A DNA stretch of 64,000 bases from Trichosphaerium sp. ATCC 40318 (taxonomy: Eukaryota > Protista > Tubulinea), in NCBI GenBank assembly GCA_038496445.1, contig JALMLS010000304.1, forward strand, positions 372,001-436,000, read 5' to 3'. The translations under genes were made by a program, and so were the position numbers. Under the pieces are notes generated by a model. That model did not search any database. It saw only the letters and a list, made by a program, of their open reading frames with translations, and was not told the DNA's origin. Below are positions 1-13,675 of this stretch, one piece after another. The stretch's first letter is position 1. Each line of letters starts with the position of its first letter.

Positions 1-2705
1 AAACGAAAGAAGAAGAAAGGTTTGTTGATTGTGTAGATATATTGACTATTTTTCTAACTGTTGTACCTTTTTAGGAAGAGATTCTATTAGTATTAAATCA
101 AAATTATCGACATCAAAGATACAAATGCGTGACACAGTGCGTTGTAATATTACATTGTTTGGGTGTTAATATTATTGGTACTAGACAGCAAGATCGGAGT
201 CACCACGAAGTCCAAGAAAATCTAAACCTTACACAATGCTCAAATCGGTAAGCATACTGTTTTATACCAAAAGAACTTTTTTGTGTTTAGAGATCAAGTT
301 TTATTTTAACAGTATTGACATCAATAGAAATCTATTCCAAAGGAGATGCAAGGTGTAAAACAACATGAACGTAAACGTTCTCACACAGATATAAATCCTT
401 TGCGATCGTTTGCTGCAAACAGAGGAACCAAGTTCCTAAAGTACTGCGATTTATTATTATTATGAAATAACCTATATTAATTTTAACCTTATAGGGTGCA
501 ACTACCTAATGAACAAACTCATACTATACTTGTTACCGATGATTTAACACTCCGTGGTGGTACGAAAATAGTTTTTTGTAGAAACTCTATTCAATGCAGT
601 TGAATTTTTTATGAGTTCTTCATGTTGACGGAGATTGGTGTTATAATTTCTTTTGTGTTCTTTTTCGTTTACTTATTTTCTATCTCTAGCACTCACAAAA
701 ATATGTACTGTTCGTACAGATATCAATATTGATGCATATGTACCTCGAGACCCAGAAACAGGACGTCACTTGGGTGGAGAAATGGAGACTAAAATTTGTG
801 AAATGACAATTGGCGATTCTATTGCTTTTTATTGTAAGAGCGGTACAGCTGAGGAATTTTCACCAATCTTTCCACCTGGTCATGTACGTCACCTCTAACA
901 TGTCATTTCTGAAAGGAAAACCTGTGTAGCAACGTACTAACTTGATTTAAGCTTATTTATGATAAACCAAACGAAAATGGATCACGAGCAATATCAGCTG
1001 CTACTTTAACTGTACTTCTACACAAAATATGCGGAGAGCAACAACATTGTGCGTTTTTTATTATTATTGTTTTTATTTGTATTGCAACATAGTCACGTTT
1101 TACTTTCTTTTTTCTGTTTTTTTTTTGTTAACAATCTGTTTGTAGCGATTCTATCGGACTTTTTGTTGACATACAGATCGTTTTGTAAACCAGAACGTAT
1201 ACTTAAAACTGTAAGAGAAAATTTTTGTATTGAGAAGCCTCCAGTATGTGATGAAGGTGCTTGGACAAAGTATCTTATGTTACAGAGAATGCGGTGCGTT
1301 TAATACACTTTGTTTCTTTTTTTTTTTTTTTTTTTTTTTGTTTGTACTAATGCTAAAGAGTTAGGGTCTTGGTTGTGTTAAAAAAATGGATTGCAGAGTT
1401 TTGGATCTATGATTTTGCTGGTAATGAGCCTCTTTTAAAGTCAATAACAGATTTTGTAAACGACAAAATGAAACCAGTAATGACTACTGCTGGTACTGCA
1501 GTTTTAAGTCTTATTGAAAAAATGGTATGTGCAAAATGTTGTTGACTAGTTTTACTTATCCTTTATAATTAAAGAGAGCAAACAAAGGAGCTATAAAACG
1601 TATAATGGTTGTCCAGAAAGAGTCACCTCAATTACCAAAACGTCAACAAGGACCAAATTGGATTGTAACAACACCACCTATTGAGATTGCACGTCAACTC
1701 AGTTTGATAGATCAAGCATCGTACAAAAGTATCAAATGCTGGTACGTACCACCTTTTATGAAGCAGGTTTATATGCTTGGTGTATTTGTGTTATACATGT
1801 GTACTCACGTGATTGTTTTAGGGAGTGCTTAGGATTGTCATGGAATAAGAAAGGAAAAGAACAAAATTCTCCACATATCTTAGATATGATTAATAGTTTC
1901 AATCGATGCTCTAATTGGGTCAGTCAAACTATAGTATCTCAAGAGAATCTTAAGCTTCGTATTAAACTTATTAATTGGTTTATACAAATAGCAGAGGTAC
2001 GTAAAACAAATAAGGAGAAAAAAGAAGGAAATGAGATTTTTGCTTTTCGTTTTGATGTAATCGGCAGTCTTATGATTCTCACCTACTTTTTTAGAAATGT
2101 TTAGACTTGAATAATTTCCAAGGACTACTTGAGATTATCTCAGGGCTTAACCAAGGGTCTGTAAGCCGGTTAAAGAATACATGGGCAGTAAGTGATTATT
2201 TTTTGAAAAAAATTATTTTAATAATTTTTGCATTTGTTTAACACTTTACTAGGGTGTAACACCAGCAAGAAAGACAATTCTTAATACTCTTACAGAACTA
2301 GTTGGTAGTGAAAAAAATTACAAAAAACTACGTGACCATATGCTTCGTGTGACGCCACCTTGCATCCCTTACATCGGTATGCAACATTTCGCCATTTTTT
2401 TTTTATAATACTGGTTGACTTTTTGGTTTCTAATACTGTTTATAGGTATGTATCTGCAGGACTTGACATTTGCTTCAGAAGGAAGTAAAGATAAGATCAA
2501 ATCACCTAGTTGTGATAAAGACCTTATAAACTACTACAAACACTCTCAACATGCCAAAATTATCGAAAACTTGTTGAGGTTTCAGAATGAACCTTATCCT
2601 TTTGAATTAGTTGAGTCCATATCTAATCTGATTAAGAGTATAAAGACTCTAGATGACAAGCAATTGTACAACTTATCCTACGCTTGTTTACCTAGAGGTT
2701 CATAG
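1..2705 (+). CDS. Ras guanine nucleotide exchange factor (Raf-like RBD + REM + CDC25 domain), 5'-partial, multi-exon
   Basis: Spliced exons give EIARQLSLID...CLGLSWNK...FNRCSNWV...LNNFQGLLEIISGL...PPCIPYIGMYLQDLTF (CDC25 motifs) and SDFLLTYRSF (REM). Upstream KVQLPNEQTHTILVTDDLTLRGALTKICTVR resembles an RBD. Stop TAG at 2703-2705. Confidence 0.93.
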
Positions 2706-3167
2706 AGAAAAAATGAGAAAAAATAGCCCATGGGTGGGCCGCTTGGCTGGAAACAATCCAAACAATAAATAAGCCGTTTTGTAAAAAACAATCTTCATTC
2801 ATACTAGAAACCCTGTATTGAAACAAATAGGCTACTTGATGCAACAAAGACCATACGCAGTAGGTATGAAATTTACTGAGCTGAAAAGTAAGTGCTGCTA
2901 GTAGCGATGACCATTATGATAAAAAATACTCAGTCAAGTTTTGCTCCATTGCAACAACCACCCAGCGCTCAGAATGACTGAGAATGATTCTTGTTTTATT
3001 CGTGGTACTCAATAAAAATGTATACTCATGACGCTTTGCATCTATCAGGCTTGACAGCGTGGTTGTTTCGTTGATGCTCGCAGTTTGATTATGCTACCTG
3101 GACTTAACAAAAAGGTTGTTAACAGCTTGAACTTAGTTATCTAGTACCCTCCTTTGCTGTACTTACT

Positions 3168-3920
3168 ATGACGACACTTCTTTACTCACACCCAACGTCG
3201 GCTGACCTTGACGCTGACTATGAACTCGAAATAGCTTGTATACGCTTAAAACACTAGTAAAACTATGATTTCAACATACTGACACGTAATTTACAGCTTT
3301 TCCTGAAGATGAGGCAGCAAGTAAGGAAAAGCTTGCGTTTCGCATTAAAAACGCTAATACGTACTTTGTGATCGGTAAAACTACAAAAAAGGAGGGAGGC
3401 ACGTTTTGTCACTAAAAGTCCTTTCTTTTAGCTAAACTATGCCATCACACTCTAGATTTACCTGCAAATAGCATAGTAGCCCATGTATGTGGCACTCTAG
3501 CAAAAGGAGAAACGTTAGATCACGAATCAATGGATTCACACGAACCTGAAGGAAGTACGTTCGTTAAACAACGTTAAATAACTCTTATAATATTCAAAGC
3601 ATCTCTGTGTGTACATTCTGTTGCTGTACATCAATCCTTACGACGGTATGACACTCAAAAAGGATTTTGTTTTTTTTGGCTTCTTTTTCCTTCTTTTGGT
3701 TTGATTCGTTTTTTTCTGTTGTAGACGTGGGTTAGCACTTGAAATTTTAGCAAAATACGTATCTATTGTAAAGTCAGAATCCAAGCAAGTGAAGAGGATT
3801 CTTCTTATTTGTAAGAAAAACTTGATACCACTTTATGAAAAAGCTGGATTCACATTACTTGGAAAGAGTCATATAGTTTATGGTAAGGACCCTTGGTATG
3901 ATATGAAAATGTCTCTATAG
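3168..3920 (+). CDS. GNAT acetyltransferase, polyamine/arylalkylamine N-acetyltransferase (Paa1/AANAT)-like
   Basis: Exons read FPEDEAASKEKL...HEPEG..LCVHSVAVHQSLRRRGLA...LLICKKNLIPLYEKAGF...YGKDPWYDM*, typical of the AANAT/Paa1 family. Confidence 0.88.
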
Positions 3921-3989
3921 AATAAACATTATAAACGTTTCCAAATAAAGTCTAAAACTTAATCAAGCTGCTTAAAAAAACGGCACGTG

Positions 3990-6408
3990 ATCAATTTTTT
4001 TTACGAATTCTTTGTTGGGCAGCCAATCCTTTTTCGTATTCTCAAGACACTCGTACCACAACACTAGGTACATCATAATGCATAACTGGAAATGACGCTG
4101 TGGTTTTATTCATTTAATCTAAGTTTAGGATTGGGTACTGTCAGGGAATGTCTACCATTGCTGGTGTTGTGTGACTTGATGTTGAGCGATTTTTTTTAAC
4201 TTTTTTTTTAATTACAGTTTTATGTGTGGCTACCCACTTAGTATCTCTTTTACAAAATCAAGTGCGTTTAGTAGAGCACCTACTTGATTTTCTCCTGCGA
4301 GTATAGTCAACTTTCTAGCCTCTACAGGGTGTTCATTAACAAATCCAACTTCAAAATTTTCTTCGTTTCCTTCCTCGTTTTCTGCTTCTTCTTCTTCCTC
4401 TTCGTCCTGTGCAGCGAAATTCTCAAAAGCTTCAAAATTAAGTTGATCCATGTCACCATCATCAAGTGCTCGTTGAATAAAAGCAAACATCCTGGCAAGA
4501 TAGGCATTATTTACTTCTTCTTGATTTTGATCTTGAATTTGATTTTCAGCTTCTATCCATTCTCCTTCTCTTAGGGCTTCCTCTTTTTCTTCTTTTTTAA
4601 CTTCATCTATAAAACTACATAAACACAATATACACAAAGGTGATAAAAACATACCGAGCGTCTTTAGGTGACCCATGGCCTTCAAAAAAGATAATCTCTC
4701 TAAAATGATGGCTAAAGAGTTTGAAGGCAACTTATTGCTTAAATCAACCAAGAAAGATTTCTGATCTTCTTCAGAGCGCATAGTATTTGTCATATCTGAA
4801 ATTAAACAATCTACTGCTAGTGTACTTAATGAAGGTACAGTCCAAAGACCTTCACCCATTATAACATATGTATCATTCAAAATGTTAAAACTAGGATCAG
4901 CACCACCTAATCTTTACGATCAAAAAAAAGAAGTAGGTTGTAGTATTCTTGATGATACATCTTTATTTTAAAAGTAGGTACCGTGGATAAGAACGGCATC
5001 AAGATGATGTAAATATACGGCACGATGACAATCAGTAGGCATTGGTTTATATTGAAGGTTCAATTCTCTCCAAGAAAACGAAGTTTCGCCAGCTTTTATA
5101 AAGTGTCAGTGAACGCAGCTCAGAGCTTTATGTACTTACTTTGGTGTAATACCCAAGCGTCGTTCAAAGCGCCTACTTCTTCATTAGTATCAGGATCCAC
5201 TGACCCATCCCATCCTAATACAATCGTTAGAACAAAAGGCTGTCATTAAAAGTATACCTCCGTAGAGAAGCCACTTGTAATCACCAATTTGTGTGAGTGA
5301 ATGACCTGCCCGACCTAAAGGTCTAGTATCTCCAGAGACACTACAAGATAGCCATATCCATGATTCTGTATTCAAGACCCAGATATCACCTTGATGATGG
5401 CATAAGAAGACAAGCAAAAAAAAGTAGGAAAAAAAAAGTAAGGTGGGATGCTAAGTTCAACGGTCGTACCGAAGACTTCTTTCTCTTTTTTTCTTCCTCC
5501 AAATAGAATCAATCTATTAGGATTTTTCATTGATGACATTGTATGAAAATATCTAGCCTCTGAGAGAGTACGGTGAGAACAAGAAAAAAAAAAGTTTTCA
5601 AAAAAAAAAAATTGTACCAGGGCACTTGGTAGATATATTAGGCTTCTTCCATTTATTGGTTTCTTTGAGAAGCTCAGCAAAATACACATGGTATTATAGT
5701 GCTCGTACTTGTATCAAATACATGTAAATCTGCTGTCACAGCAGCAGATCGCGACCATGAGGGTACACCACCAAAAACAACTAAAATTCTCGTCAAAACA
5801 ATAAAGATACAACAACAAAACTGTAAGTTTACGGTAGCTTACCAACGTCTTTGCCATTCACTAATCCACCGCAGTGTCCAAATATGTTAGAAGGTTCGTT
5901 CTCGCTCTGGGAGGAAATGTGAGAAGCTGTTTTGCTTGGAATTCCATGGTGTACTTTTACTTCTCTGTATGTACGTTCTTTAACGTCCAGTACGCTTACT
6001 GCCGAGGATCCTGAACCGAAAAACGCTTATTAATTTATTCGTTAGTTAGAAAACGTAAAATCAGCTGTACTAACACCATAGCATTCCTTTTGATAGATAA
6101 AACGTGTGATGAGCGCGCATAGTTTCTGTATTTAATGTAGACGCTAGTTTTGTCCATTCCCAGGTGTCTTAGTAGTTGTATTAGCGTATAGTCATGGAAT
6201 ACATCGTTGTACGTAAGTCTAAACAAAACAATTGCGTTGAAGCTTGTTTTGGCCGGCATTCGCCCATTGACATGATAACCATGTTATTGGAGAGGGTAAG
6301 AGTGTGACCTCTTCTACCTTTCTCATCACCAACAACAGGTGGTGCGTTAGATAGCTTAAACCATCCTACTATATTATGAGACGACTCTTCAGCAATTCTA
6401 TCCGCCAT
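3990..6408 (-). CDS. Kelch-repeat protein with BC-box-like motif and acidic tail (KLHDC-like cullin adaptor); 3' end approximate
   Basis: Kelch blades (RRGHTLTL, ARYFHTM..LILFGG, PLGRAGHSLTQIGDYKWLLYGG), then LWTVPSLSTLAVDCL directly after the last blade, then a poly-Glu region. Confidence 0.8.
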
Positions 6409-6950
6409 TTAGCGCTATTTGAACTTCATACGCTCCGAAACAATATTGATAATTGTTTTACCGAAAGAGAAAGACTTAACGGCTGTCAGTTTTTAGTATT
6501 CTATTCTGTTATTATCGCTACCATAAAACCGAAATAGCGCGTACCCAACGGTTGTAGAGAAGTTTGATTACAATTTGAAGTTGTCGGTAGCTGAAACTTT
6601 CAGAGTAGAACACAGCTAACATTGACTAAGTATTGTTTTTTCAAAGTTCACAGACTTCACATGAATCGCCAAAGAAACAGTAGTGTATGAAAAAAAAACA
6701 GTTGGTCATTTGTTTACTAACCAGCATTCACGTGTTTTTTTTGTTTCGTAGAACAAATCGTTTTTTGTGCTGCACAATGAAAGTGCACTAGTTTTTTGTG
6801 TCAAATCATTCATTATCAGAAATGACAAACCTCGAGAAGCACACCTCCTTTTTTTCAGATGCGATGTACAAGAAAATACTAACACAAGTTGATTTGCTAG
6901 TACCCACGAGGTCACGTGTTCAAATATTAATGAAAGCTAATTCTTATTAG

Positions 6951-7776
6951 TGCGCCACTACTGCGTTTACCTCCAGAACTCATTTTGGATATCACCGACC
7001 TGTACCCGAAGTTCAGAGAAGTCCAACATCTTCTATGTAAAAAAACTGCTCTAGAATCTGGGAAATACAATCTGCGTTTTGAGAAGTGTGGTACATTCGA
7101 AGAGTGGCATGAGAATGGCAAGAGAAAGAGTAAATTTACGTACGAGAATGGGAAGCTCCATGGAGAGGGTATGATGTGGTCCAGTGATGGATGCTTGTGC
7201 GTTAAAAGCACGTTCATAAACGGAGTAGTGGCACAATTTATCAGGCTTAAAAACGGCCATGTGATGGGAAAATGGGATTCTAAAACTAGTACTTACAACT
7301 CCAATGATGACCGAGATTCTTGGACCAGTTCAGTTGGTTGGTTGGCTAGTAAGCTATGGTTTACGAAAAATATCAACAAAAAAGTTATTTATATCGTTGA
7401 TAAGCGTAGATATACAGAATTCCTTGGTAACATACCACATGGTAGGGACGAACAATATATTCGCGGTTGTAAAACCAATAGTGGATCATATAAGAACGGA
7501 TTGATGCACGGATCGTTCAAGTATTGGCATTCAAACCATAAATTGGGTAATGAGACAACCTATGTGAATGGACTGATAGAAGGGATTGCAACAAGATATT
7601 CGTCTGATGGTCAACTGGTAGGTAAAACTCCGTATTTACATGGCAAACGTCATGGTACAGAAATACAGTATAGACCATCAGGCTGTTCATATATCAAATC
7701 TACGTTAGTATACGAACATGGCGTTCTTATAAAACAGGAGAGAAGACCATATTCTTGGGCACTAAAGTTCGACTAA
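6951..7776 (+). CDS. F-box-like motif + MORN-variant (MORN_2/YwqK-like) repeat protein; true 5' end in unresolved upstream exons (~6822?)
   Basis: Repeats such as EEWHENGKRKSKFTYENGKLHG, YKNGLMHGSFKYWHSN and YLHGKRHG. In-frame upstream of the track start is LLRLPPELILDI, preceded by a ctaat...ttag acceptor ending at 6950. Confidence 0.75.
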
Positions 7777-8070
7777 GAGCGTGTTAGTTAGTAAAGTAGA
7801 AGGTTTCAAACCATTACCCATTTTCTTCATTAGCAGATAAACAAACAGGATTTGGAGTAATCACATCCAACCTTATTAACAGAACTTTGTGGGTAAGGTC
7901 AATAACTAGCTATGTAGTCACACCGAAAGGTAACTATTTTCGTCTTTCACGGATGAACACGCAAGCCAGTTTCTAAATCCGTCTCATCGTGAAAATTGTC
8001 AACTTTTCGAGTCAACGGGCTTCTTCGTGACCTTTTTTGTACATTCCTATCTCATTTCCGTAAAATCATT

Positions 8071-10135
8071 ATGGCTTTTGATATCCTCGGTAACATTCAA
8101 CAATGCGTAGAAGTAGCAACTGTACGCTGTTTAATATTACTGTGGACCAGTACACAAGTGCACGCGCTATATCTGTTTCTAACGCTTTATCTAGGTCATT
8201 TATTCCTTCTGGACGGAACACAGAGATGCTTTAAAAGATATTGGCGGTATACAAAAGTTATCAACTACTGCTAGCCTAGCACAAGCTACTTTGGGCCGCG
8301 TATCAGACCTTTTAACTGGAGATATGTTCGTAAAGGATTCTGTAGAGGAAATCAAGGAACAGTTTGTACAGGCGGGTGAAATGATAGTAAAGTACGTCAC
8401 AGATGCATCCAAAACAAGCAATTTTAGTTCGGGAATAAGCTTTCCAAAAAGGCGTTTTCTTCATTCTTTTTGTTCCAAAGAGCTTTTGCCGCAAAGTTAA
8501 CGCAGGGTTATAGGCTACAGGCCAAGTTCAAGAAGGGTAAACCACTTACGATGGTGAAACTGTTTTTTAAAGCTCCAGCAATGAAAGAAGAGCTAGAGAT
8601 GGTCAGCGACGCGCTAGAAGCTTCTGTAGCTGTACGTGGAGAGAAACCAAGTTTATTGTTAGCCGTATATTGGTACTTACGTCATGTTTGTAGGCGCTAG
8701 GAGCATATCTAACAAGCCGTGTTAACATCTCAATCTTTTGGGCTGGGAACATCATCTCGCATCAAAAAGCGCTCAACTACTGGTGCAAACACTTCGGTAC
8801 GCATCCTTTATTATGTACAGAAAATCAAAGAGCTGATTTAATATCTCTTTTTTGGTTGGCTTTCTTTGTATTGCAACTACGTTACTCTAATGCCACGATA
8901 TAGGTGGTAACACTCATACCTCTCAAAAGAGCCATATGACTGATGCTCTACGCTACGAGCCTCTTGAACCTTTGAATAAGCATAACACTAGTTTATTGGA
9001 TCAAAATGCTGATGCTGATATCACTTGTTATGAGTTGCAATCATTCTTTGATTGGTTTGGTAATCCAAAGCTTTCAAAACTAGTTAACGATTGCTCTGGT
9101 TGGTTCCTAAAGGCAACAAAGGTTGAACAAGATGAAGTAAAACCTGGTACGCTGATATCGAAGGTAGAGTGTTTGTTACTCATTTTTAACTAGGTTGTCA
9201 ATGGCGTTTGAGACACGTGAAGAGTAGTTTCTATAGAAAAGACTTAGTTGGTAAAGATGGATCACTCAGGCTTACATTGAAAGCTGGTGATGAGCTTGTA
9301 AAGGTCTACTACAACAAGGTATAGCAGCTGGTTAAGTTATTTTTCTATTGTCAAAATCTGACTGTTACCTTTCTAGACTTTGATCGCACGTTGTCTAGTT
9401 GTAGACCTCTTCCGGAGTTTAGATAAAGCCAATGAAGTTAAAGACGCAACAGAGTTGTGGGTAAGTATTAATACTTCTGGTTGTAGCAGCGCCCTGCTAA
9501 CACGTGTTTTAAGCATCTTCAAAGAATTGTTGAGATCATTCCAGGAACTCTTAAGGTTGCTTCATCAGTAGTACCTTCTCTACCTCCGCCACCAAAGACT
9601 GAAGAAGAGATAAAAGCGGAAGCTGCTTTATCTCCAAGAGAACGAGCAAAGAAAAACAAGCAAATGAGACGTGCAGCAGCCGGTAGTCATCGCGGAACTA
9701 AAGCGGAGACATTTGAAGGATACATGTGGCGTGAACAGATGCAAAAGCCCCTTCACCGTGTTATCAGTATTGAAGGATCAAAGGTATCATGGGCTGGTGA
9801 TGGTAAAGGATTGCAACTTACTTGGGCGATGAAAGTAAAGAAGAGCAGAATAGACGAAAACATTGCCAGGAATTGGTGCGCTGAAAATAGCTCGTTGTGT
9901 TCTTATTTTTTTTCTTTCGTTTAGGTACAGCGGTAATAGACACGTTTTGGATATTAACACACCTAACGGTCTTGTTGCTCGATGTGCTTTTGATGACTTT
10001 ATTACAAGAAACGTTGTATCAAAGCTATTAAATGACGCCATTGATGTACTTAAAAAAGCACATGGTCCAGAACCAGAGCCTGTAGAAAAAGCAGATTCAA
10101 CACCATATGAAGAAGAAAAGCCTACATCAAACTAA
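8071..10135 (+). CDS. Multi-exon signalling protein: N-terminal helical bundle + EF-hand-like (Cbl-TKB-like) region + Pro-rich linker + C-terminal PH-like domain
   Basis: Spliced product contains NYWCKHFG, LDQNADADITCYELQSFFDWFG, PSLPPPPK and FEGYMWREQMQKPLHRVISIEGSKVSW. Domain names are by motif resemblance only. Confidence 0.6.
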
Positions 10136-10253
10136 TAGTTATGAACGAATAGTGTACAAAGATACTCTAATTGCCACAAGTCAAATAAAAGGTCATAATT
10201 ATTTTCAATTAAATACCAAGGTGTACACTAAAACAAGATTTATTTTCACTCTT

Positions 10254-13200
10254 TTACAGTGTTGCAGTATTTACCGGTTGCGTTGAACTACCCATCCCTA
10301 CAGGAACTGACGTGGGACCTAAACTTGAGCCAGTTCGTGAATCTCTGGATAATTGTGCATCCATACAAGCACATGCAGGAGTCTTGTGAATAAAGAACGA
10401 GTTTACAGTGATTGCTAAAACAAATTAGATCTTTGTATAAATTCTTTTGTACCTGAACCAGATATGATACACATAGATACAATAATAAATCTTGTAAATC
10501 TATCAATATCTGTTGCAGCGAGTACAACACTCAACATTGCAAAGAAAGCAACATTGTACACTGTGAAGAAGATTATCTTAGATTCATTGTATCTCTTGAT
10601 TGGAATTGTTCTTATTCTAAATGCAAACACACTACAAACCAACAGTAGGCATGCCTAAAAATGTAGATAGTAAGTTCCTTAATACACCATATACAAACTG
10701 TACATTTGATGCAACTATGATGTACATGATAATTTCAAAAGCAGAATTGTATTTGCAAGAATGATAGTTCCGAAATACTCTGATTGAATCGACAACAATC
10801 ACTTCACTTGAAGAACTTCCAACAGTTGTCTGAAGTATTTAGTAACTCCATATTAGTACCAACGATGTACCATTATGACCAAGAGAATAACATGACAAAT
10901 GACAAGAGATCCAACCCACAAAAGAACCATCTTATCACTGATTCTTATCACTTGTGTTGTTTTCAATCGATACAATCTATCAAGACGAAGTGTTTTCCCA
11001 AGTAAGGGCCTACAAAACGGTAAGTAACATCAACAATAATTTAGTCAAGTACCCAAAGAGTAGAATGAAACCAATATCAAGAACCCAAATTGATGCATTA
11101 CATGTGAAATTGGAAACAACATTTGGAAGCAAAGTGAATACAGAGATGTACAACAACGAGCTTCCAACAATCATTAATCCCATGAATAAAGGTGATGACG
11201 CCTACAACAGTCATAAAGTCAGCAACAATAAATGGAGATCATGTACCTTGACTTTTTTGTTGCGAAGACTGAGAACAAGGAAAACAGCCCATCCTACATT
11301 GATACAAAAGAAAATGATGGCAACAATAGTTATGCATATTTCTGTCCAATGACCTGGTCAGGAAGTGATTAGCTTTTGTATTTACTGAAGATGTACCATA
11401 TTGTGGATGAAATATACGTTCATGCCATTTGGGCATTGGATAAATCAAGTCTGCAAGTTTTGTTGGAGGAGGTCCTATCAGAGTGAAACTACCTTTTTCT
11501 TGCATTTGAAGATGTAACCAATCCCTAATACAGTTTCAAAGACAACCTCTTCAATCTGATAATTTTCTTACCTTTGTTGAAATCCATCAACATCCCATGA
11601 GTATCGTCCAGCAAGTGTATCTTCTTTTAATCGGAACATGTTGTCATGTATTATTTCGTCAATCTATGTGTTGTGTTATGAAGAGATAAAATAAAGAATC
11701 AATAAAATCTAAAGTGTACAGTCTTATCTGTACAGGCAGTGGTTGAGATAGAAGAAGCGAGTTGTATTGATGAGTTGGTATTCAACTTATTGATAAAACG
11801 TTAGTGATCGTGGTACATACACTTTGGCTTCCACGTACAACGATAGCATCTCCATAGTCTACCACTGCTTTTTTAATCGCTTTGTTGAGTAACGATAAAA
11901 GAATAGCATAGGTGGTGAAGTCGCTGTTAAGGTCTTTTCCATGTCTCTTTTTGAATCCATCATTAAGTTGTGAATAGTTTCCATATTCTGCCGTTGCAGG
12001 GAACTTCATATCTGCCGAATACTGCCCAACAATAAGTACATACAAATATAAAATAGAACATACCTGAGACTCAGCACTGATATAGTGCCATAGATTCATG
12101 TCCAGATTAACTAGCCTACTTGCTTCCGCATCTGTAAAACCAACATATCTTGGGGTGTAGTCTTCTTTACGAAGGGTATCCATAATCAATCCAACAGCAT
12201 CCCATTGTTTACTACAAATAAACCTGGAAAGTGTCAGAGGTTTTAATTTTATTTTCGTATGTGTAAGGACATACCATGCATCAGCGTCATCCTCTTTTGC
12301 CATCAGAGCTATTTTTGATATGTTCTTAGTCACAGATTCTGAGAAGTTACCAAAGGGTACAGCTAGAAAAGCCTGACGAGCATCAGCATCAACTAAACAA
12401 AATAAGATTGTATTCAAGATGTACAACGTACATTCCACGGCATATTCAGATTTGATGGTGAATCCTTGTAATCGTAACTCATCTCTGAATAGTTTACTCG
12501 AGCACCTTTTCAGTCACATAAGCTAGACGGTGAGAATAAAACGGGAAGCGTACATTGTTCCAAATATATTCTCATCAGAATAAATTAATGTCACTGTTTT
12601 CGCACCAACGACACGTAATGGTGGTAAAGCTGCAAAGAAACCTCGTTCTCTTGGAAGTCCAACACTGAGACAACAAGATGTTCCATTTGCTTGTTCATTG
12701 AATTTGTTGCTTCCTGATACTAGCATTGGACAAGCATTAGAGAAATTAAGTTCTTTGCAATCACTAAACCATATGCTTACGTAGTAGTCGTTTTTTCTGT
12801 TCCATAAATTCAATGATAGGAGGGCTGTGGTCTACAACCACAGGGCTAACAAAAAAGGAAATAGAAGAGTCATTCAACCCTTTCTCGTATATTTCTTTCG
12901 TGTAATTTAAATTATAATATGAATTGATAAGCCTGTTACAATTCGTGAGTATTACCATTGTTGTATTACTAACTGTCCTTGCATAAAAGAACGTACTTTA
13001 AATTCAACCTAATCCTCTCCCCTCCTATCGTGACCGGAGTGTCTTGTTCAACTAATAGATCCGAAAAGTACTCCAAAGTATTCCTTGTCCAGTAAGCACG
13101 AAATAATACAAGAAAATCTGTACTCTAAATCCAATATAACGGCTTCAAAGTCCGGCGTCCACGCTCCAACTTGTACTAACGAACGTGAGAAACGTACAGG

Positions 13201-13586
13201 CAATAGTATTTTGAAGCAAAAAAACGCCTGGATAGTTTGTTAACGTGCTACGTTAACACACGCAGTAAACCAGGCGAATTTTCAAATACTACAGCACCAG
13301 CGTAAGCCGTAAGTGTAGTGGCTGTAGGAAAAAAAACCAAATGAGGATTGTACGGCTTTCAGAGTTATAGACATGTATTGTTAAAACACGCTACCGTCTA
13401 AGCAACACGTGATATGTTTGGTCCAAAGATAGTTGTTCAAAAATAATTAGAAAGAGGCTAAAAATTTCCTCGTAGAGTGGCTAACGCACGTATTGTTATG
13501 TTTTTGACTGCAAAAGCATCCGGAATAGTCAGCAATCCAATAAATATTACAATCATACTTAAAACTCTCGTGTTGAATGCACGCAT
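10254..13586 (-). CDS. Class C (family 3, GABA-B/Grl-like) GPCR, copy 1; 18 exons
   Basis: Signal peptide MRAFNTRVLSMIVIFIGLLTIPDAFA, periplasmic-binding-protein-like ectodomain, YPMPKWHER linker, 7TM motifs ASSPLFM, LLGKTLR and YNESK. All 17 introns spliced in frame. Confidence 0.9.
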
Positions 13587-13675
13587 GGCTATTTAACAAG
13601 CTAAGGTTCTAAATAAGACGAACGGACGATGACCGAAACGAAAATGCGTCTAAAAAGAAAATGAAGCTATGTTCG

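Noticed and set aside
13340-13440. TPP riboswitch or C/D snoRNA in GPCR intron 1
   Set aside because: No CUGAGA/AUACC TPP core and no correctly ordered C and D boxes on the transcribed strand.
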